DNA of 22,220 bases from Candidatus Heimdallarchaeota archaeon. GTDB taxonomy: Archaea; Asgardarchaeota; Heimdallarchaeia; Heimdallarchaeales; Heimdallarchaeaceae. Within the stretch, counting starts at the first letter, position 1. Each line of letters opens with the position of its first letter. The stretch spans positions 1 to 22,220 of the forward strand of contig JAEOSZ010000043.1 of the NCBI GenBank assembly GCA_016840095.1, given 5' to 3'. Under the pieces are notes generated by a model. That model had not been told where the DNA came from. It searched no databases and saw only the letters and a list, made by a program, of their open reading frames with translations. Below, one piece after another: positions 18,180-22,220 of the stretch. Both the position numbers and the translations under genes were made by a program.

Positions 18180-20103
18180 CATCATCATATTGCTTATTGC
18201 TCAAATCTTAGTTTCAATCTCTCTTCCACTCTTCAGACGTTTCCTGTTATTCGTAGACAATGAATCTATTAATCTCAAAAGGTTATATTCGAGCCTAGTA
18301 TCTTCAATACTTATCGTCATTTCATTTATAGTTCTTGCATTAACTATTACTCACCTAAATACAACTGGTAATCCAGAACTATCTGAACAGTTTACATTAT
18401 TCTCTATCTCGAGTTTCAACTTCTCTGTTGGTTTACAACTATCGCAGATACAGATTTTACTTTATGCTTCATTCCTTACAGCTTTAGCTTTAATAAACTT
18501 CTACTTGTCTTGGAATAAAGAAATTTGGACTATCAATCAAGTTGATAGAATAGCGATTTATTCAGCTGTATTAATACTCGTGATACTTTCTCCAAATTTC
18601 TTTCAGTTATTATTCTTTCTGATACTTCTTGACTTAATTCTAATCGAGCTTTTATCATCTTTTGAACAGAGAAATCTGAAGACAATGAATGGTTCAATTG
18701 TATTTGGTGATTTATTGATTCTTGTTTCTTCAATTCTTCTTTTCAGAAGATCTCATAGTTTTGATTTCGATACTATTCTTAGTGATATCCAGTTCAAATT
18801 TTTCATCTACAAACCTTATTTTATAATTCTCTGTTGCTTATTCTTACTAGGGATTATTGCACGAAGTTCACTGTTTCCATTTCACAGCTGGTTATCAAAA
18901 GTTAGTTCAGAAGAATCTGTCTGGAAGTTCAATATTATTATGATTAACATTGTTGTAGGTATATCATTTATTTTCATTTCACCTATATCTAAATTGCTTA
19001 TAGTTGTCCCTAATTATTTTGTATGGTATGGTGTGCTTTTCTCAGTAATTGCTACAATTGTGGGAATATTAACAACAAAAGATAAGGATAAACAGATACT
19101 GATTTTTACAGCTTCAATCGGTTTGCTACTTATATTACTAGGTGTAGGTAATTTAGCAAGTGCCTTTCAAATCTTATTACTGATGCCTGTTGCATTTCTA
19201 GGTTTAATGATTATTTCATCAAAATCAACAACTGACGATGAGATTCCTAGTTCTGAACATAAAGGTAAAATAATAATCAAACTAACAATCGATATTTTAA
19301 TTTTTACAATAGTGGGAATCACAATAATCTCAGTTATTCCATTTAGTAGTAATTTACTTAACATTGGTTATCTCTTCACAACAACCATCATAAATTCAAG
19401 TATAGCTGTTTACGTCATTGTAATCGTTTCTTTACTAGGTATTTACTTGATTTATATGCAATTTAGTAGAAGATATTTTGAACAAAGCTTACATAGAATA
19501 TTAAGAATCTCTGAAATTATACCTCTCACTTTAATTGTGGTATTCTTATCCCTAAATTGCATTCTTTATCCTATTTTTGATTTACTAAATCCATTTTCCT
19601 TACCTGTAGATTTTGTACAAGAGAGTTTACCTATTGCACTTATCCCGATATTCATAGGATGGTTTGTTATTCTTGTTTCTTATATTGTAATAGAATTATT
19701 CATTAAGAAAGTTTCAAAAAGTCTCGATCAATTCTCTGAAAAAATCCAAGAACCACTTCAAAGAATTTACAATCTTGAATTTATAATTACTCCAATATAT
19801 TGGATTAGAGATAAAGTTCTTACACCTTCCATTATTTGGTTTTATGAATATTGCATCAGAGATTTCTTTTACAAGATTATCATTTTAGGAATTGCTAGAT
19901 TCTTCGTTTTAGTATCAAAATCTATAAGAGATTATATCAAGAATGTTGCAGCCCCTCAAACTATTAATTTCTTTAAGAAGTGTTCTCTTTTTGTTCGAAG
20001 TCTAGAAAAAGCTAAACTGAGGACTCAATTATTATTCATTATATTAGGTCTAGGAATACTGCTTGCTTTAGTGATAGGTCTATATGCTGGAGGTGCAATC
20101 TAA
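18154..20103 (+). CDS. nuoL: NuoL/ND5/MrpA-like antiporter-fold membrane subunit, divergent
   Basis: FGD motif (TM6), GIIARSSLFPFHSWL (TM7 broken-helix motif), SIGLLLILLGVG, and a C-terminal amphipathic helix + RSLEKAKLRTQL + final TM. The true start is probably ATG 18166 or TTG 18172. Confidence 0.8.
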   Translation: MLGRMKLNNIIILLIAQILVSISLPLFRRFLLFVDNESINLKRLYSSLVSSILIVISFIVLALTITHLNTTGNPELSEQFTLFSISSFNFSVGLQLSQIQILLYASFLTALALINFYLSWNKEIWTINQVDRIAIYSAVLILVILSPNFFQLLFFLILLDLILIELLSSFEQRNLKTMNGSIVFGDLLILVSSILLFRRSHSFDFDTILSDIQFKFFIYKPYFIILCCLFLLGIIARSSLFPFHSWLSKVSSEESVWKFNIIMINIVVGISFIFISPISKLLIVVPNYFVWYGVLFSVIATIVGILTTKDKDKQILIFTASIGLLLILLGVGNLASAFQILLLMPVAFLGLMIISSKSTTDDEIPSSEHKGKIIIKLTIDILIFTIVGITIISVIPFSSNLLNIGYLFTTTIINSSIAVYVIVIVSLLGIYLIYMQFSRRYFEQSLHRILRISEIIPLTLIVVFLSLNCILYPIFDLLNPFSLPVDFVQESLPIALIPIFIGWFVILVSYIVIELFIKKVSKSLDQFSEKIQEPLQRIYNLEFIITPIYWIRDKVLTPSIIWFYEYCIRDFFYKIIILGIARFFVLVSKSIRDYIKNVAAPQTINFFKKCSLFVRSLEKAKLRTQLLFIILGLGILLALVIGLYAGGAI

Positions 20104-21599
20104 TGGGTTATCCAGCTTTCTTTCTTTATAGCTATTTGCCACTAGAAATTCTACTAATAGGAATCATATTACTTTTACTCTTAGGGGCATTGTCTCCTAA
20201 AATAGTTTCGAGATTTAAAAAACTAAGAACAAGAATGAGAATCATCTCTGGTTATATTACTCTTATTTCGTGCATAATCTCTGTAGTAATGTATAGTTAT
20301 ATCTACTCTCCTCTTGGGAGTAATCATAGTATAGCTCTAAATTTGAACATAACAGCTTATACTACAGGATTATATTATGCAATAGCTTTTGCTGTAATCA
20401 TAGGTACATTTCTATCTATAGTTGAAGTAGATTTGAAGTTCAGGAAGAACCATGTGCTATATGTTTCTCTTCTACTCATTAATGTGAGTACTTTCTTTAT
20501 TACCTCCGCAAAATCATTGGTTTTCATTTTCTTTGGTTTTGTAATAATGTTTTCAAGTATTAATTTCTTCATTAGAAATTTCACCGCTGATTTGCCAAGA
20601 AAACAAAAATCGTTTATTAGAAATTATTTAATGATAAGCAGTTTAGCTTTATCATTTCTATTTGTAGGTTTTTCAGCTCATTCTCTTTCTGGGAATGAAT
20701 TTCTATTATCTATTGATAACACAACTCTGCAGTTTTGGGAGTATTTGAGTGAGATCTTCATAGTAACTGGGTTGTTAATCCTTATTGGAGGTCCTCCATT
20801 CCACTTCACCTTTTTCGAATCAGAAGATGTAAAGTTCAATAGTATCACACAAATCATCATTTCTGTTCAGAAAGGTTTGGCTCTAGCTTTCTTGACTAGA
20901 TACACTGTAACAATTGCTGCTTCACCATTATCAAGTGTTCTGATTTGGTTATATACTGTGTGTGGTTCTGTTTATGTTATCTGGGGAGTTTTTGCTGCAA
21001 TGACAGAAGAAAGATTACAAAAATTAATTCATTATATTAGTATAATCTTTTCAGGAATAATCTTAGTAATTCTGTCTGATTTGTTTTCAACAGTATTAAC
21101 AGAAGAAGTAATTAATTTGACTTTGAGAACTGTATCTTATGGTATTCTGATATTCATCTTAACAATATCACTTTCCATTTCTTCAGTTGGTGCAATTTCA
21201 AAGAGTTTTCAGTCTGATAGCATAGAGGTTTTGAGAGAAGTAAGTAGATATTCCCTCTCGCAATTCATATTTTTACTATTGAACGCACTTGTTTTATTTG
21301 CTGGACCTTTGTCAATACTGATAGTATCAGAGAAGATTACTTTTCCTGAATACTTGTGTCCAAGAATGATTACAACAACTATAATTCTTCTTGTTGGAGC
21401 TGTATTTTCATTGATATATCTGTATAGATTATTAAAACATATTTTCTTCATTCCCCTTCAGATGAAATTTGAGTTTTCATCACCTGAACCAGGAGTTTTC
21501 TTAGCTTCATTCATTGCTTTTGTTCTAACAATTATTGTTATAATTTTCTTTAAGCAATTCTTAATCTTCTGCAGTTTGATTGGATTAAATATAGCATAA
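20103..21599 (+). CDS. nuoN: NuoN/ND2/MrpD-like antiporter-fold membrane subunit, divergent
   Basis: LPLEILL N-terminus, NYLMISSLALSFLFVG, GGPPFHF, SVQKGLA, AAMTEERLQKLIHY, YLYRLLKHIFF; about 14 TM helices; TAATG coupling to the L-like gene. Confidence 0.8.
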   Translation: MGYPAFFLYSYLPLEILLIGIILLLLLGALSPKIVSRFKKLRTRMRIISGYITLISCIISVVMYSYIYSPLGSNHSIALNLNITAYTTGLYYAIAFAVIIGTFLSIVEVDLKFRKNHVLYVSLLLINVSTFFITSAKSLVFIFFGFVIMFSSINFFIRNFTADLPRKQKSFIRNYLMISSLALSFLFVGFSAHSLSGNEFLLSIDNTTLQFWEYLSEIFIVTGLLILIGGPPFHFTFFESEDVKFNSITQIIISVQKGLALAFLTRYTVTIAASPLSSVLIWLYTVCGSVYVIWGVFAAMTEERLQKLIHYISIIFSGIILVILSDLFSTVLTEEVINLTLRTVSYGILIFILTISLSISSVGAISKSFQSDSIEVLREVSRYSLSQFIFLLLNALVLFAGPLSILIVSEKITFPEYLCPRMITTTIILLVGAVFSLIYLYRLLKHIFFIPLQMKFEFSSPEPGVFLASFIAFVLTIIVIIFFKQFLIFCSLIGLNIA

Positions 21600-21654
21600 A
21601 CCTCGACAATTCAATAAGTTTTTGAATACCAACGATGGAATTATCATGATTTAA

Positions 21655-22220
21655 GTGACTTCTAAAAAGCTTGATCTTCCTATTGAAGTTGATCAAATTA
21701 ACACTTACTTATCAGACTTAAGGAATCACAGTCCTTATGATGATGATATTAATGATTTAATTGATCATATCCTTCAAAATGGAGGGAAAAGAATTAGACC
21801 TCTGATATGTCTTCTTTCATTTGAAATGATTTCAAACGAGGAAAGAAACGATTCAAGTCTTGCTGCCGCTTGTTCTTTAGAAGTTATTCACAATGCTTCT
21901 CTTCTCATCGATGATATTTTTGACAAAGATGTTTATAGAAGACAACAGAAATCATTTTATCTAAAGTATTCAACTTTTGCAGCTCTTTCTCTTTCATATT
22001 CTCTGAGTAGTTTAGCACTAAGTTTAGCATCTAAAACACATGTGATTGAAATAGTTGACGAATTAATAAAAGCAATTCACACTCTATCTACTTCTTTATA
22101 CTTAGAACAAAAATTCCGTTCCGGAAAGAAGAAAATGACCAAAGATGAAGCTTTGCAACTTATCGATAGAAAGACTTCAAGCTTATTTGAAGCAGCTTCT
22201 GTTATTGGTTTACTTCTTGG
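21655..22220 (+). CDS. Trans-polyprenyl diphosphate synthase family protein (3'-truncated by the window), probably long-chain type
   Basis: Not in the ORF track. Manual translation from GTG 21655 gives MTSKKLDL...GGKRIRP...LEVIHNASLLIDDIFDKDVYRR...RKTSSLFEAAS, containing GGKRxRP, the first DDxxD motif and the KT motif. Confidence 0.9.
   Translation, partial: MTSKKLDLPIEVDQINTYLSDLRNHSPYDDDINDLIDHILQNGGKRIRPLICLLSFEMISNEERNDSSLAAACSLEVIHNASLLIDDIFDKDVYRRQQKSFYLKYSTFAALSLSYSLSSLALSLASKTHVIEIVDELIKAIHTLSTSLYLEQKFRSGKKKMTKDEALQLIDRKTSSLFEAASVIGLLL

Noticed and set aside
693-21451. Other 60-104 aa ORFs nested in or antisense to long genes (for example 693-980, 2411-2593, 7956-8174, 9652-9885, 18533-18733, 21209-21451)
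   Set aside because: Overlapped by well-supported CDSs, with no recognisable motifs.
17230-21599. Calling the nuo-like cluster pseudogenes, or a standard Mrp antiporter or membrane-bound hydrogenase
   Set aside because: No frameshifts or internal stops, and coupling is intact. No MrpE/F/G or hydrogenase genes are present, and the order and NuoL-type C-terminus fit J-K-L-N.
1-22220. tRNA, rRNA, CRISPR arrays, transposases or integrases
   Set aside because: All intergenic gaps are under 200 nt and AT-rich, with no GC-rich structured RNA or spaced repeats; no ORF shows mobile-element motifs.

Overview
AT-rich, gene-dense archaeal window. An Asgard (Heimdallarchaeia-like) origin is inferred from DUF211, iorAB, GGAGG/GGTGA ribosome-binding sites, TTTTTATA-type TATA boxes, a longin-like N-terminal domain and C-terminally anchored glycoproteins. 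Gene order: a partial gene start (-), an SDR, a divergent YggS/PLPBP, an operon of MacB/FtsX-like permease + ABC ATPase + 540-aa cytoplasmic coiled-coil protein, a 1050-aa protein with a longin-like N-terminus (-), DUF211, iorB and iorA (-), a heterodimeric TM287/288-type ABC exporter (-), two tandem paralogous surface glycoproteins, a NuoJ-K-L-N-like membrane gene cluster and a partial trans-prenyltransferase. The main finding is the complex I membrane-arm-like cluster. It is intact and translationally coupled, has no NuoM gene or redox subunit genes beside it, and by eye alignment has lost most of the charged central-axis residues needed for proton pumping. No RNA genes, mobile elements or CRISPR arrays were seen. 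All homology calls come from motif recognition and manual alignment to remembered reference sequences, not database searches.
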